DNA from: Bdellovibrionota bacterium
GTDB taxonomy: Bacteria; Bdellovibrionota_C; UBA2361; JBGSMV01
Reading direction: 5' to 3'
DNA length: 41,538 nucleotides
NCBI GenBank assembly: GCA_044356455.1
Contig: JBIKWF010000030.1
Location: forward strand, 1-41,538
A model generated the notes under the pieces. The model was not told the DNA's origin and made no database searches. It saw only the letters and a program-made list of their open reading frames with translations. Both the position numbers and the translations under genes were made by a program. This document shows, piece after piece, positions 24,901 through 36,000 of the stretch; the first letter of the stretch is position 1, and each line of letters begins with the position of its first letter.

Positions 24901-27102
24901 ATCGTTTTGGCTGGTGGAGGGTTCTCTTACCAGCCTGACTATGAGCAGGTAGTCCGATCTTTTAGACGCAAGGGCAAAACCCTCGTGGTTGGTCGCCTTA
25001 CTCCCCAGCTTCTCGCCAGTGCCTATGCGGCGTGCCGAGTCCATGCCTTGCCAAGTTGGTATGAACTTCCTGGACTTGTTTCTCTCGAAGCAGCGAGTTT
25101 TGGAAAGAATGTCGTGGTTACCGAGACCGGGACCACTCCGGATTACTTCGGGGAGTATGCCTTCTATGCGGACCCTTCGAGTTGGAGGTCAATATCCAAT
25201 GCAGTACGTGCGGCCTACTATAGCCCAGTAGTGCCGGGACTTCAGGGGCATGTTCGCGGATTCACGTGGGATACTTCAATTGAAAAAACGCTCGCCGTGT
25301 ATCAAGAAGTAATTGCTGCAGCGGGGCGCCGAGTTCAAACGACGTCGAGCCAGCCCCAGGTTGCCACTTCGACTTCGTCTCCCTCGTGGTTTACTCCTGG
25401 AGTCATAGAGCCTCGTCCCACGGCGGCAACTGTTGCTCCATCAACGGGATCTTCTCCTACGTTTGAATCTGCTTCACGTAGCGTTCCGAGCGTGACGCCA
25501 GTGAATGCCGCGCCCACGTGGGGTTCTTCCGCAACGTCACTTACCACTGTGGCACCCGCTGTGCAGGCGCCTCAGGCTTCGCCAGTAATGACTCCCGCAT
25601 CTGCACCGACGGTGCCGGCGAGCGTCGCTCCCCAAGGATCTGCTTTTGAGAGCGTTCTCGCACAAGGCGAAGAGGCTGCGAAAAAGGGCGAGTTTGCTGA
25701 GGCCCATCGTCTCCTCGGGCAAGCTGAGCAACTTAATCCGTCGTCGGCTCGTTGCCTAAGAGCTCGCGGCGCGGTGTATCTTGCCGAGCAGCAGAGGGCA
25801 GACGCGCGGATCTGTTTCAACCGAGCGCTTGCGCTCGACCCGCGCGAAGCGCGAGCCCTTGTTGGACTTGGGATGTGCTCTGCTTTTGAGAATAAACATG
25901 CGGAAGGCCATGAGTTCTTCGTAAAAGCACTTGAGGTGGACCCTGAGCAGACCACCGCGCTTCACCAACTTTTGCATACGAGTCACGTCCTTGGGCGTTT
26001 CGAAGCTCTCGAGCAAGCCCTAAGACGCTATCTTGCAAAGAATTCTGGTGACGTAGAGTTCCAGTTTTGCCTTGCAGGCTGTCTTTACAAGCAGGGGAAC
26101 TTAACAGAGGCCAAGACATGGTGTGATCGTGTGCTTGCTTCCTCCCCGCAGCATCAAGGGGCAGGGGAACTGAAGGGATTGCTTGCAAAAGTACCCGCCC
26201 AGAGTTCTTCCCCCGTTCTTGCCACGACCGTGGCGACGTCGAGCCAAGTTATTCCGACCGAACCCTCGTGGCTCGCCGCGTCTAAGGCAAATGCCGTGGC
26301 CATGACCGTTAAGGCCGGTCCGGCACCCGTGACCTCTCCTCAGGGCGCGACAGCTTCGGTCTCTGTCTCCGCTCCCACGTCGGCAACGCTTGGCTATAGT
26401 ATGGTTGAGCGTGAGCTCGATGAGCTCGAGGATAAAAAGAGAAATCAAAAGTTTGAAGAGGTGGCGAAAGCCTGCGACGACATCCTCAAGCGCCCCATGC
26501 TCACTGCCGTCGAGACGGAGCGTGCGGAGTTACTGCGCGCTGAGACCCACACTATGTTCGAGGAGTTCGAGCAAGCACTTGAACGTTATGAGAGAGTGCT
26601 CTCCCGCAATCCTCGCTGTGCCCGTGCGGTATGCGGGAAGGGCGCGATTGCCGCTCATAGAAATGATTGGGTAAAAGCAGAGCAGCTCTTTCAGGATGCG
26701 CTTTCCATTTCACCCGAGCATGATATTGCATGTGCAGGACTCGGCATCTGTGCTGCGCAGAAGCGCAATAACGAGAAGGCATGGGAGTGGTACCAGAGAG
26801 CAACCAAGTCGAATCCGGAGAACCTTCGCGCCATTTATGGACTTATCGAATTGTCGTATCCTTTAAAGCGTCTGACTGAGCTTGAACAAGCGCTACGTGC
26901 CTACCTTGAAATGCACCCCGCGGATCTGCAGTTTGTGTATTCTCTCGCGGGATGCCTCTACGCCCAGAATAAAGTTCCTGAGGCTAAAGCTGAAGTAGAG
27001 AAGATTATCGTTTTTGAACCCCAAAATTCTAAGGCCCTTGAGCTGCATGGAATGATTCAGAAGAAACTTGAGGCTAACGCGGGGGCAGGTTGGCAGCATT
27101 AA
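21949..27102 (+). CDS. giant multidomain glycosyltransferase: three GT4 (GT-B) modules plus two TPR blocks
   Basis: Donor-binding motifs DPFPLTALEAQACG, YEASGACSLAVGAG and ELPGLVSLEAASFG; two Ser/Thr/Pro/Ala linkers; TPR-like repeats. ATG 21949 (ORF track start 21901). Confidence 0.9.
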   Translation: MTSPSFLIVHKDHAMDIHGPNSGAETATRFLARTLAELGEKVVVAAQIIGAEETIDGVEYWDLGPDFDTQGALARMSERGRYYLISAGRAQPLLESRRDSHCLSRILISHDRSGNDTGIKPQVLCRVLDYVVCVSDAQREVFLKAGADPAKVVTLFNGVDLNLFSPGLPEQRNYRKLVFVGALVEDKGIHWLIESYCKLKPKYPDLSLEVYGSSGLWGRPRLFDEADIEKRVPGIKFHGKVTQEVIAKAYREGGLCVIPSPWFDPFPLTALEAQACGCPVLTFDVGGLKEGVLDGKTAVVMRDITPDVLTKNLDELLAQPERLRAFSAAALKESRPRFTWPKVAGGIIELSKKSASRRANLASAEGALRAAPKNTLARLQGRFGVLSTWNQACGLATYARYLFRNFDPDSFVVLGEHVDGVIDPVDDSQPLIERCWKRGSSDFTLLERAIAKYDLKLIHLNCQPGFFPQPSFGEFLRALRARGIVVVAHLHNTFTLESASEQLIASVDRVIVHSSENRLEAIANGAAPENVTVLPHGVNVLPTLSSEERELLRAKLGIASGATVLTAFGFIQPHKGMEGVIDSVAHLASKGLDARGYVVGEVMPSDPQSKPYLEALTRYAAEKGVANRISILNRFVSEQEVGQFLQASDLVLMNYRSQHYEASGACSLAVGAGALVLTSLAPPFVPFGDAVWHLSAGYPVPLSVELLLSRPALRAEIQRKAQAYGAKFSWQKIAQSIRAYYLEIGFEPVVIRREKVVAMAPTTYQNASSLKVLIQNRPNAWTQAGGDTVVMEKTVLGLKAKGVQVTVDLEGRLDPAGYDVVHLFNFALPELLKKQAERCIASGVPFVVTTLCEDVPSFHNQSWEVARILSEYTSQNKSKEWLKSRWLDLAKVTPSARFANDWVAERAHALLANGLQERKILERDYPKAKLVREVPLGFEVGAAADPQLFIREYGVSDYILCVGRIESRKNQLMLLKAMEDSELPIVLAGGGFSYQPDYEQVVRSFRRKGKTLVVGRLTPQLLASAYAACRVHALPSWYELPGLVSLEAASFGKNVVVTETGTTPDYFGEYAFYADPSSWRSISNAVRAAYYSPVVPGLQGHVRGFTWDTSIEKTLAVYQEVIAAAGRRVQTTSSQPQVATSTSSPSWFTPGVIEPRPTAATVAPSTGSSPTFESASRSVPSVTPVNAAPTWGSSATSLTTVAPAVQAPQASPVMTPASAPTVPASVAPQGSAFESVLAQGEEAAKKGEFAEAHRLLGQAEQLNPSSARCLRARGAVYLAEQQRADARICFNRALALDPREARALVGLGMCSAFENKHAEGHEFFVKALEVDPEQTTALHQLLHTSHVLGRFEALEQALRRYLAKNSGDVEFQFCLAGCLYKQGNLTEAKTWCDRVLASSPQHQGAGELKGLLAKVPAQSSSPVLATTVATSSQVIPTEPSWLAASKANAVAMTVKAGPAPVTSPQGATASVSVSAPTSATLGYSMVERELDELEDKKRNQKFEEVAKACDDILKRPMLTAVETERAELLRAETHTMFEEFEQALERYERVLSRNPRCARAVCGKGAIAAHRNDWVKAEQLFQDALSISPEHDIACAGLGICAAQKRNNEKAWEWYQRATKSNPENLRAIYGLIELSYPLKRLTELEQALRAYLEMHPADLQFVYSLAGCLYAQNKVPEAKAEVEKIIVFEPQNSKALELHGMIQKKLEANAGAGWQH

Positions 27103-27165
27103 GGGAGCTTCATGGTTCTCTCCGAAGAGCTCTGCCATAAAGTTTAGAAGGGCGCATGTGCATCG

Positions 27166-28455
27166 ATGAAGCTTCTACTGCTTAACCAGAACTGGTTCGC
27201 CGAGGAGTTTCGCGCGGCTGGTCATGAGGTCGTGGTTGCAGGTTTTGGCCGTCAATTTGAAGTGCGCTTTGAGTTCGCGATCCTTCATATCGATTCTGTT
27301 ATTAAAGCTCTTCCTAATGGCTTTGAGCCGGATGCGATTATCGTTTACGACGAAAGCAGCCCCTGGTTTGTCGCGGGCCTGGAGGAGACCTCTCGCCCCG
27401 TCCTTTTTTACTCGGTAGACACTCAACATCATGCCCAGCTTCATCGCTATTTGGGCCAAATGGCCGATCATACCTATGTGGTCCAAAAGGACTTTGCGGG
27501 TCCCTTTCACGAATTGGGGATGAGCCCTGAATGGCTACCCCTCTGGGCGAGTCGCTATGTTGAAGCCAAAGACAGCCGCGAGCGAGACGTTTGTTTCATT
27601 GGGAACATGAACCGTGAATTAAACCCATGGCGAGTTGATTTTTTCGAGGCACTCCAGAAGCTTCAAGAGGTCTTTATCACACAAGGGCAGTACTGGGATT
27701 ACTTCCCCACCAGCGAAATCGTTATTAATCAAACGGTAAAAGGCGACCTTAACTTTCGCGTATTTGAAGCCATGATGTGCGGCACCCTGCTGCTCACTGA
27801 GCGCTCAGGAAATGGTCTCTTTGAGTTATTCAAAGAGGGGGAACACCTCGTTACCTATGAGCGCAGTAACGCCCAGGAGGCCGCTGAGCGTATACGCGAG
27901 CTGCTTGCCGATAGGCCGCGTTGCAGAAGAATTGCGCACGCTGGTCGCGAAGAAATTCTCGCGCGCCATCTCCCTATCCATCGTGCCACTACCATTCTTG
28001 AGCGGCTTAAGACGCTCTCTCGAACTGAAATGCCGATGCGGAATGTGGGAGCCATGGTAAATTTTAGTAGCTTGGCAGCTTCTTCCCGCGAAGTGTCGCT
28101 CGGGCTTTGTACGCGCGCGGCGGTTCATGCCATGAAAGCTGCGGAAATGGTACTGGCGCGGCATGAACATGTTCCCGTTGACGCGGCCTGCCACCTCATA
28201 CGCTCGGCATCATACTATGACCAGCTAATACCGTCTCGAGCGGGAGAGAAGCTTATTGCGGCGTTTGGTGAAGCTTATCCTGAGCTCCCGGTATTTGCGC
28301 TTGCAGCAATCCGCACCCTGCTTAACCAGGGACAGCGCGAGGAGGCTGAGAAGTGGGTGAAAGGTCGATTCAGCTGCTCTTCAAACGAGGCATTTGAAAC
28401 GGCTGAGCGCATCATCACGCAGCTTATGGATCGTAATGCGGGAGACGGGGCCTAA
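27166..28455 (+). CDS. CgeB-like (Glyco_trans_1_2) glycosyltransferase
   Basis: FYSVDTQH, WLPLWA, DVCFIG and DLNFRVFEAMMCGTLLLTE; helical C-terminal extension. Confidence 0.85.
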   Translation: MKLLLLNQNWFAEEFRAAGHEVVVAGFGRQFEVRFEFAILHIDSVIKALPNGFEPDAIIVYDESSPWFVAGLEETSRPVLFYSVDTQHHAQLHRYLGQMADHTYVVQKDFAGPFHELGMSPEWLPLWASRYVEAKDSRERDVCFIGNMNRELNPWRVDFFEALQKLQEVFITQGQYWDYFPTSEIVINQTVKGDLNFRVFEAMMCGTLLLTERSGNGLFELFKEGEHLVTYERSNAQEAAERIRELLADRPRCRRIAHAGREEILARHLPIHRATTILERLKTLSRTEMPMRNVGAMVNFSSLAASSREVSLGLCTRAAVHAMKAAEMVLARHEHVPVDAACHLIRSASYYDQLIPSRAGEKLIAAFGEAYPELPVFALAAIRTLLNQGQREEAEKWVKGRFSCSSNEAFETAERIITQLMDRNAGDGA

Positions 28456-28512
28456 ACAGGAGGCCAAGAACTGCCGCAGGTAGTCTTCCCCGTGCCTTTA
28501 GAGAATCAATAG

Positions 28513-29676
28513 TCAGCTGCGTGACAGCGCCTCTTCGAGTTCATGGTCTAATTGGTGAAGCCAGAGCCACCCAAGCTGCGCGCACGCTCCAACTGCCATG
28601 GCTACCCAGAGTAGCGAGAGGTCCCCAAAATAAGTGAGTACCGCAAGAATCGCCGCGGCGCTTGCACGTCCGGAATTGAGCGCGAACTCACGGTTGTACT
28701 GAAAAGCTACGGGACTCAGTTTATTGCTTAGTCCAAAAATGTAAGCCCCGCGTACTGTCCCATGGGCGGCGTCGACAATTCGAAAGATCACGTCAATAAG
28801 AAGTACCAAGAGAGGAGAAGGAAATATCGCAATCAATAGATACGAGAGCATCGCACACCAGCGAAGCAAGGTGGTCCCGTAGAGCAGGGAGACTCGATTT
28901 CGGCGGTCGAAGCGGCGCCCCGCGCCAATGCTTACGGCCCCCGCGACCAAAGCTGAAAGCCCAATAATTAAGCCGAATCTTTCAAGGCCTCCCACCGCGT
29001 GCATAAAGGCGAAAGTCCAGCACATGGTGAAGGAGATTTCAGTAACTCCCTCACAAAAATGGACGCGGTGTAGTGTTGAAGAGAAGGGGAGGCGAAGTGT
29101 TTCTCTCGCGGAGGTTATGAGCACCTCACTTTCCGGCAGAACCAGGGATTTCAGGAACAAAGGAAAGATACTAAGGAGTGCAAAAGAGGCGGCGACAAGA
29201 AATGAAGCTTCGAAAGAGAGGCGCTCAGCAACGGCGCCGGCGGTGATGGGCGCAAGAACTCCCACGCCAAGGGCAATTAACTGCATGGTGCTCGTCTGCG
29301 CACCTACCCGGTGGGAGGCTGTGGCGAAAGAGACGAGGACGTGGCGCGGGAGCCAGAAGAGCCCACAGTGCAGCGCATAGACGACCACCAGCGCGCCAAG
29401 GGTCAGCGTGTCGTTGCTGCCTAAGCTGGCAAGCATCAGTTGATAAAGCGCAAGGTACCCAAGGCCAAGCGACATTACCCAGCGATAGCGGTTGCCACGC
29501 GCGGCGAGATTAAAGCAAGGCATGAGCCCCACAAGAACGGCGAGTGGCCAGGCGCAGAGAAAAACAAAAACGGCTGACATGCTGCCAAGTTTCTGCTCGA
29601 GAAAGAGCGGTACTACAAACGGCTGGACGCTCGCAGCTAGAACAATGAGAGCAAATTGAAGATAGAGAGGGAGCAC
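28513..29676 (-). CDS. MFS transporter
   Basis: 387-aa polytopic protein with about 12 hydrophobic segments, LAPITAGAVAE and GRRFDRRNR (motif A-like); GTG start 14 nt after the kinase stop. Confidence 0.8.
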   Translation of the reverse strand: MLPLYLQFALIVLAASVQPFVVPLFLEQKLGSMSAVFVFLCAWPLAVLVGLMPCFNLAARGNRYRWVMSLGLGYLALYQLMLASLGSNDTLTLGALVVVYALHCGLFWLPRHVLVSFATASHRVGAQTSTMQLIALGVGVLAPITAGAVAERLSFEASFLVAASFALLSIFPLFLKSLVLPESEVLITSARETLRLPFSSTLHRVHFCEGVTEISFTMCWTFAFMHAVGGLERFGLIIGLSALVAGAVSIGAGRRFDRRNRVSLLYGTTLLRWCAMLSYLLIAIFPSPLLVLLIDVIFRIVDAAHGTVRGAYIFGLSNKLSPVAFQYNREFALNSGRASAAAILAVLTYFGDLSLLWVAMAVGACAQLGWLWLHQLDHELEEALSRS

Positions 29677-29690
29677 CGTGTCGTTGCCGC

Positions 29691-32600
29691 TTAGGTATGA
29701 GAGATTTCGTCAGCAATCCACCGGACAAGCTCAGGGTATTTCAGGGGCTTTTGGAAGAAACGCAAGGCTCCTTTGCTCAGAAGCTCCTGAGCAGACGCAT
29801 CCTGCACATAACCAGAAAGAATGGTGACACGCGCCTTGGGATTAATAGCGCGAAGCATTTCAAAGCAAACCGGGCCGTCCATTTTTGCCATCTTCATGTC
29901 GAGCACAATCATGTCGACTGACGCAAAGTTGTGGCGGTACCACTCGACGGCCTCTTCAGCAGCGGTAAATCCAATAGATTGGATCCCCGTCATTTCCAAA
30001 AACTTACGGGTGAGATCCACAAGAATTGGCTCATCGTCAATGACGAGCACCATTCCGGTGGTCGCACCTAGAGGCTTCACTGGCGTACCTCCATCTCGTG
30101 ACTCCGTCATACTCGCCTCTTGTCTAATGAGCGGGAAGAATAGGCTAAAACAAGCCCCTTCTCCCAGGGTTGACTGAGCCTCTGCCCAGCCTCCATGGTT
30201 CTGCATGATACCATATACCATGGCAAGCCCAAGACCTGTTCCTTGGCGCTCCTTTACCTCAGAGCTTTTGGTAGTGAAGAAGGGTTCGAATATCTTATCA
30301 ATGATTGAGGGGTCAATCCCGCTTCCCGTGTCGCTGACCCTGAGCACGCCATAGTGTCCGGGGAGCGCCCTCGGATTGCGAGATTCGGGGTGGGGGACAT
30401 GGATCCGGTCAAAAGCCAGGGTGAGAGTCCCTCCCCGGGGCATGGCCTGTTTGGCGTTAATAATGAGATTGGTGATGGCCTGTTGAATCTGAGCCGCGTC
30501 GGCATGAACCAGCAGATTCTCCTCGATGCCGACGAGGCGAATATCTATGCCCTTGTCGATTACCTTACTTAGGAAAGCCAGAGTTTCGGAGGCCATGTCT
30601 CGTAGCGATACTGATGCCAAGTTGTATCGCCCCTGTCTGGAGAATCCGAGTAGCTGTTCAATCAGGGAAAGCGCTCGCTCGCAGCCCCCTAAGGCAATTT
30701 CTATAGAATTCCGCACTGAAACTGAAAGATCTTGCGACATCTGCAGGAGCTGCAGATGCCCCACCACGGCCCCGAGCGCATTATTGAGATCGTGCGCTAC
30801 GCCGGCAGCAAGTTGTCCAATTGCCTCCATTTTTTGGGCTTGAAGGAGTTGCTTCTCGAGTCGAAGGGCCTCTTCTTCCGCGCGTTTTCGCTCTGTAATG
30901 TCGGTGGCTACGGTGAGTACTTGAGGCGGGCTACCGTCGGGCAAAATAAGCGGAGTTCTAATGGTATAATGCCACTGCGTGTTCTTAGTGAGTGGATTGG
31001 TAATCGCATCCTCAAGCACGCGCTTGGGTTTCATCGTGCGCAGGACCTCTTTGCAGTCGGCAACAAAAGTATCTGCGTCTGCGGGGCTTGGATGAATATC
31101 GTGATCGCTTTTCCCAAGAATCTCTTCGGGGCGCATTTTATAAGCAGCAGCAAACGCCTCGTTCACCAGCGAAAAGCGCATGGAAGAGTCTTTTACGAAA
31201 ATATAGCTCGGCACCGCATCGATTACCTGTCTAAGAAATTCTCGCTGGGAGCGAAGCTCTTCTTCTACGTGTTTACGCTCGCTGATGTCGCTCGCGGTGC
31301 CGGTCGCCCCAATTATCTCTCCGTCTTGTCCCCGAACGGGAATTGCATTGATAGAGAGCGCGATGAGACTTCCGTCTTTGCGGCGATGACGCGTTTCCGC
31401 CTGAAAGATCTGCTGACCGGTAAGTATAGAATTGAAGAGCGAGCGATCCTTCTCCGAGACTGATTCGTCTACGAAGTTCCAGAAAGAAATTCCGAGCATT
31501 TCTTCAGGTTCATACCCATACATGCTTCGGCAGGCGCTGTTTACAAACGTTACCGTGCCGTCAAGGCCCACAGACCAAATGAGATCACTCGAAGTCTCAA
31601 CGAGGTCTCTATACTTCTTTTCGCTCGCCCGGAGCGCTTCAATCGCGCGCTTTCGTTCAGAAATATCGGTGATAGCGCCAAGGGTCGCGACGATAGCGCC
31701 CGACGTATCTCGAACGGGAGTGGCATTGATGCGGGCCCAGAAGCGGGTCCCGTCTCGGCGCATAAGTTGGATTTCGTATTGCTCGGCGATTCCTTGGAGG
31801 CGCTTTCTCGTGCGGTCTCGAAGTTTGTTCCATTCCTCAGGTGGCAAAAGCAGTTGGTAGGCTCTCTTTCCAAGCATCTCGCTTGCGCCATACCCCGTAA
31901 GTTCGCAGAAGCGTGAATTAATATGAAGAATGACATCATCAGGGTCGGAGTAGATGATGCCTTCACCAAGAGCATCGACGACGTTTCGATATCGCAGTTC
32001 AGATTCCTTGAGCGCGGCTTGAACGCGTTGCTGTTCAAGAGCGTTGGCAAATATTTCCCCCGCTATCTTGAGCAGTCGCACCACGTTTGGCTGCCACAGC
32101 TCACGTGGCCTTAGTGATGAGAAACCAACCGCGCCAAGGAGGTTGCCTTGGCAGAGGAGGGGCACCAATACCAGTGATTCGACGTGCCGTGCTTGGAGGA
32201 TTTCACGCAGCGCCCGTGCCTCGGGAGGTAAGTCGTCTAGGCGGTGGAGCACAATAGCCCCTTTGGTTTGGAGTGCCTGGGCAACCCAGGCCATATCTCC
32301 AAAGGTGGTAGGAGGAGAATCTTGAAGCGCAGACGCAACGCCTTCTCGGCACCACTCGAACTCCTGCGCAATGTGTCCAGAGGGTGAGCGGGTAAAGATA
32401 AAGCTTCTATCTGTTGCCGTCGCATTTCCAAGCGTAGCGAGAGCTTTACGAATTCGCTCATTGATGAGGTCTGGAGAGAGGTTGATGAAGTTCATCGACA
32501 TGTTGGTGATGAGCTTGTCGATCGAGAGCCGATCTCTTAATGCCTGGCCCACATGCTCGCGTGCGATCACGCGCTCAATAGTTTGGCTAAGTAGCGCGAG

Positions 32601-32954
32601 GGTAAGTGTTTCAGCTGCAAGCACCTCAGATGCGCCCGACCGAAGCGCCAAGCGAATACGCGACTCGCTCACGTTTGGAACGAGGGCAATAAAAGGGGTT
32701 CCAGTCTCTGCATCTGCAAGAGTCTGAAGCGGGTTTTGTGCGGTGCTTTCGCCTTCAGTCAAGAGGAATGGGACCAGCACGGCCGCATAGGAGTCTCCTT
32801 GCTCGAGGGCAAGGAGCGCAGCGTTTTCGGAATCGACCGTGTCAATTGACCAGCGTGAGGGCTCCGGGGCAGAGGATAAAGCAGACCGCAGCGTCTCCGC
32901 CGGGACCAGCGAGTTCGCAATAAATAGTAACTTCCTAGCGTGTTCAGAAGTCAT
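29691..32954 (-). CDS. cytoplasmic hybrid histidine kinase: pseudo-REC, GAF, three PAS/PAC, HisKA, HATPase, REC
   Basis: DISERK/DITERK PAC ends, QKMEAIGQLAAGVAHDLNN, NLIINAKQAM, FEPFFTTK, GTGLGL, LVIDDE...IVLDMKM...QKP. ATG 32954 preferred (ORF track start 33038). Confidence 0.92.
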   Translation of the reverse strand: MTSEHARKLLFIANSLVPAETLRSALSSAPEPSRWSIDTVDSENAALLALEQGDSYAAVLVPFLLTEGESTAQNPLQTLADAETGTPFIALVPNVSESRIRLALRSGASEVLAAETLTLALLSQTIERVIAREHVGQALRDRLSIDKLITNMSMNFINLSPDLINERIRKALATLGNATATDRSFIFTRSPSGHIAQEFEWCREGVASALQDSPPTTFGDMAWVAQALQTKGAIVLHRLDDLPPEARALREILQARHVESLVLVPLLCQGNLLGAVGFSSLRPRELWQPNVVRLLKIAGEIFANALEQQRVQAALKESELRYRNVVDALGEGIIYSDPDDVILHINSRFCELTGYGASEMLGKRAYQLLLPPEEWNKLRDRTRKRLQGIAEQYEIQLMRRDGTRFWARINATPVRDTSGAIVATLGAITDISERKRAIEALRASEKKYRDLVETSSDLIWSVGLDGTVTFVNSACRSMYGYEPEEMLGISFWNFVDESVSEKDRSLFNSILTGQQIFQAETRHRRKDGSLIALSINAIPVRGQDGEIIGATGTASDISERKHVEEELRSQREFLRQVIDAVPSYIFVKDSSMRFSLVNEAFAAAYKMRPEEILGKSDHDIHPSPADADTFVADCKEVLRTMKPKRVLEDAITNPLTKNTQWHYTIRTPLILPDGSPPQVLTVATDITERKRAEEEALRLEKQLLQAQKMEAIGQLAAGVAHDLNNALGAVVGHLQLLQMSQDLSVSVRNSIEIALGGCERALSLIEQLLGFSRQGRYNLASVSLRDMASETLAFLSKVIDKGIDIRLVGIEENLLVHADAAQIQQAITNLIINAKQAMPRGGTLTLAFDRIHVPHPESRNPRALPGHYGVLRVSDTGSGIDPSIIDKIFEPFFTTKSSEVKERQGTGLGLAMVYGIMQNHGGWAEAQSTLGEGACFSLFFPLIRQEASMTESRDGGTPVKPLGATTGMVLVIDDEPILVDLTRKFLEMTGIQSIGFTAAEEAVEWYRHNFASVDMIVLDMKMAKMDGPVCFEMLRAINPKARVTILSGYVQDASAQELLSKGALRFFQKPLKYPELVRWIADEISHT

Positions 32955-33050
32955 GCACTCATCACACGAAAGTTGCCCTGATGACGCCTGCGGTCTCGGT
33001 AGCCAATCTAAACCAACCAAGGCCGCGGCGAATACCAACGGAAAGGACGC

Positions 33051-36000
33051 TTAGCTCACTGTTGCAAAAAGTCTAAGTTGCCGAGCAAACACCCCGAGCA
33101 TGGCCGTATCAGGAACACTGTCTGCAAACGCATGTACTGTCGTCCTGATACGCTCCGCGCCAGCAAGTTTCTGCGTTCGCTCTTGTATTTTCTCAGGGCT
33201 CGCTACTCCGGAAGCAAGCGCGGCGGAGGCAAGCTCAGCTACACTTCTGCGGATCTCGTCGTAGGAGTTGAGTTTCAATTCATGTTCCCACTTATTCGCG
33301 GTGGTAACACTGCGCTGAAGCTTGAATATTGGCACAAGGTCTAGGGCGTCTAGCACGGAGCAATACGCCTGAGCCGCGGTAAGCGGAGGCAACGACACCG
33401 TGTGTGAGGAGCGAATCATCTCAAAATACAGAGGCATCATGGGGAATGCCGCAAAAAGTGCCGCCTGCTGCGAGGTAAGTCCACGTTGCTCGTATCCTGG
33501 TTTCCTATCGGCGAAATAGGCTGACAGAGTGCCATGTAATGCTTGCTCAGGCTGCGTGAGGAGAGACCGCAGTCCCTTCCCGTATCGCTCAATGAGATCC
33601 GCAATTCTGGCGCTCCGCGTGTGGTTTGTGATGAGCCAAGTAGTCGCTTCTCTTAGTGCTGCGCTTACTTCAATTCTTAAATCGAGAAATAGACCATGCT
33701 GCTCGAAGGTGTCGAACACCGAAATCATTTCTCGAAGTGCCGGAACTCCGAGTAAGGATCGTGCCGCAAGGAGAGCGCTTAGCACGCTCGCTGGTTCCAC
33801 AGACTGACTGATGCACATGCGATGTACAAAGGTCAGGCCTACCGTTTCCACCACATCATTTGCAATTTCCGTTGCAACAATATTGTCTCCCAGTGGATGA
33901 GCGAGAATCTCATCTTTGAACTGCGTATGAAGTCGAGCGGGGAAGTATTCAAAAAGAGCCTCACGTAACGAGGGATCCTTAGTGAGCCCTGCCGCCAGAA
34001 GTTCATCTTTCATCCAAAGCTTTACGCCCGCCAAGCATATCGCGAGCTCTGGTCTAAAGAGGCCCACGCCACGGCGCATTCTATCATCAAGCTCTTCATC
34101 AGTGGGGAGCATGTGAACGGTGCGGTGCACATAGCCGCGCTTTGAAAGCTCTTGAATGAGGCTTCGGAAGTATTCGAGATTTTTCGACCCGCGCTTCGCA
34201 GCAGACATCAGCAATACCGCTTGGCCGCGATTGTGGCTAAGAACGTCCTCTACTACTGCGGGTGCAAGCTCGCGCAGAATCGCATCGCGGTCAGGGCGCG
34301 TGAGCTTGCCGCTCTGCAGAGAACTTTGGAACAGAATCTTGAGGTTCACCTCATGGTCGGACGTGTCGACGCCGCCTGAGTTGTCGATCGCGTCAGTATT
34401 AATGAGACCGCCACGCTGCGCAAAATCAATGCGAGAGCGCTGGGTAAACCCAAGGTTTCCGCCTTCCGCAACGACGCGGCAGCGTAGCTCGTCCGCATTT
34501 ACTCGAACCGCATCATTCGTCGAGTCTCCCACGTCAGCATCTGACTCTGTGCGTGATTTTACATAGGTCCCAATACCGCCGTTCCAGAGGAGATCTACCG
34601 GTGCTTTCAAGATATAGGTAATAAGCTGCTCGCCGCTCATTACTGCTGGTGCTTCGGAGCCAATTTTTAGGGAGGCACGAGCTTCTGGAGCGAGAGTGAT
34701 TTCTTTTTGGTGACGATCGTAAATCGCACCTCCCTTGCTTAGGAGCTCGGTGCGGTAGTCTGACCACTGAGAAAAAGGTGTATCAAACAGTCGTTTTCGT
34801 TCCACCCATGATTTCTTCGCGTCAGGGGAGGGGTCGATAAAAATATGCCTGTGGTTAAACGCGCCAAGAAGCTTCATGTTGTCGCTAAGGAGCAGGCCAT
34901 TCCCAAAGACGTCTCCCGACATGTCTCCAATCCCGACCACGGTGAAGGGCTGCTTCTGGTAGTCGATGCGGGCTTCTTTGAAATGTTGAAGTACGGCCTC
35001 CCAGGCACCTTTAGCGGTAATTCCAAGCTTCTTATGGTCGTACCCCACTGAGCCGCCTGAGGCAAAGGCATCACCAAGCCAGAATTTATATTCTTCGGTG
35101 GCAATTGCATTCGCCACATCGCTGAAGGAAGCGGTTCCTTTGTCAGCTGCCACCACTAAGTAGGGATCCACTTCGTCATAGGCAATAACTTGGGGCGGAG
35201 GCACGATGGCGGCGCCTACACGATTGTCGGTCAGCGAAAGCAGGGCCCGGATAAAGTCCTGATAGCAGCGCTTGACGGCCTCGGCTTGGGCCGCACGCTC
35301 GAGAGGCAAATCTTTTACGACGAATCCGCCTTTTGCTCCCGAAGGAACAATGATGGCGTTCTTTACTTGCTGCGTGCGCATCAAGTCGCGAACTTCGGTG
35401 CGGAAATCTTCGCGCCGGTCGCTCCAGCGAATTCCTCCGCGTGCCACACGCGAGCCGCGCAAATGCACGCCCTCGAAGTGGGGAGCGCAGACAAAGATTT
35501 CAAAAAGGGGCCGAGGAGCTGATAAGAGCTCGAGCTGCTCAGAATGTATCTTAAGAGCAACTACTGGCTTCCCCTGATAGAAATTGGTTCGAACCGTGTG
35601 CTGAAGGAGCAATATTAAGGCACGCAAGATGCGGTCAGCGGTAATATCGGTAATCCCACGCAATGCCTCGCGGAACTTGGCAACTTCCCTTTCTACCAAA
35701 TCCTTGCGCTCCTCGAGAGAGGTACTGTGAGAAGGGTCAAACTTCAATTGCGCAATTTCCCAAAAGGCGCGGGCCAGGGTGGGATTTGATACTAGCGCTT
35801 CGCGGATTGTTTGCCGCGTCGCGAACTTCTTCACTTGCCAGAGGAGCATGCAGTAGCTGCGCAAGAGGGAGAGCGCACGAGCGTCAAGCCCCGCTCGCAC
35901 CATTAGTGCATTGAGCGCATCGTCCTCGCTCGCCCCAAGGAGTACGTCTTCGAGGCCGCGCGTGATGGTCGAACTGCGTTCGAGAACTTGGCCAATCGCG

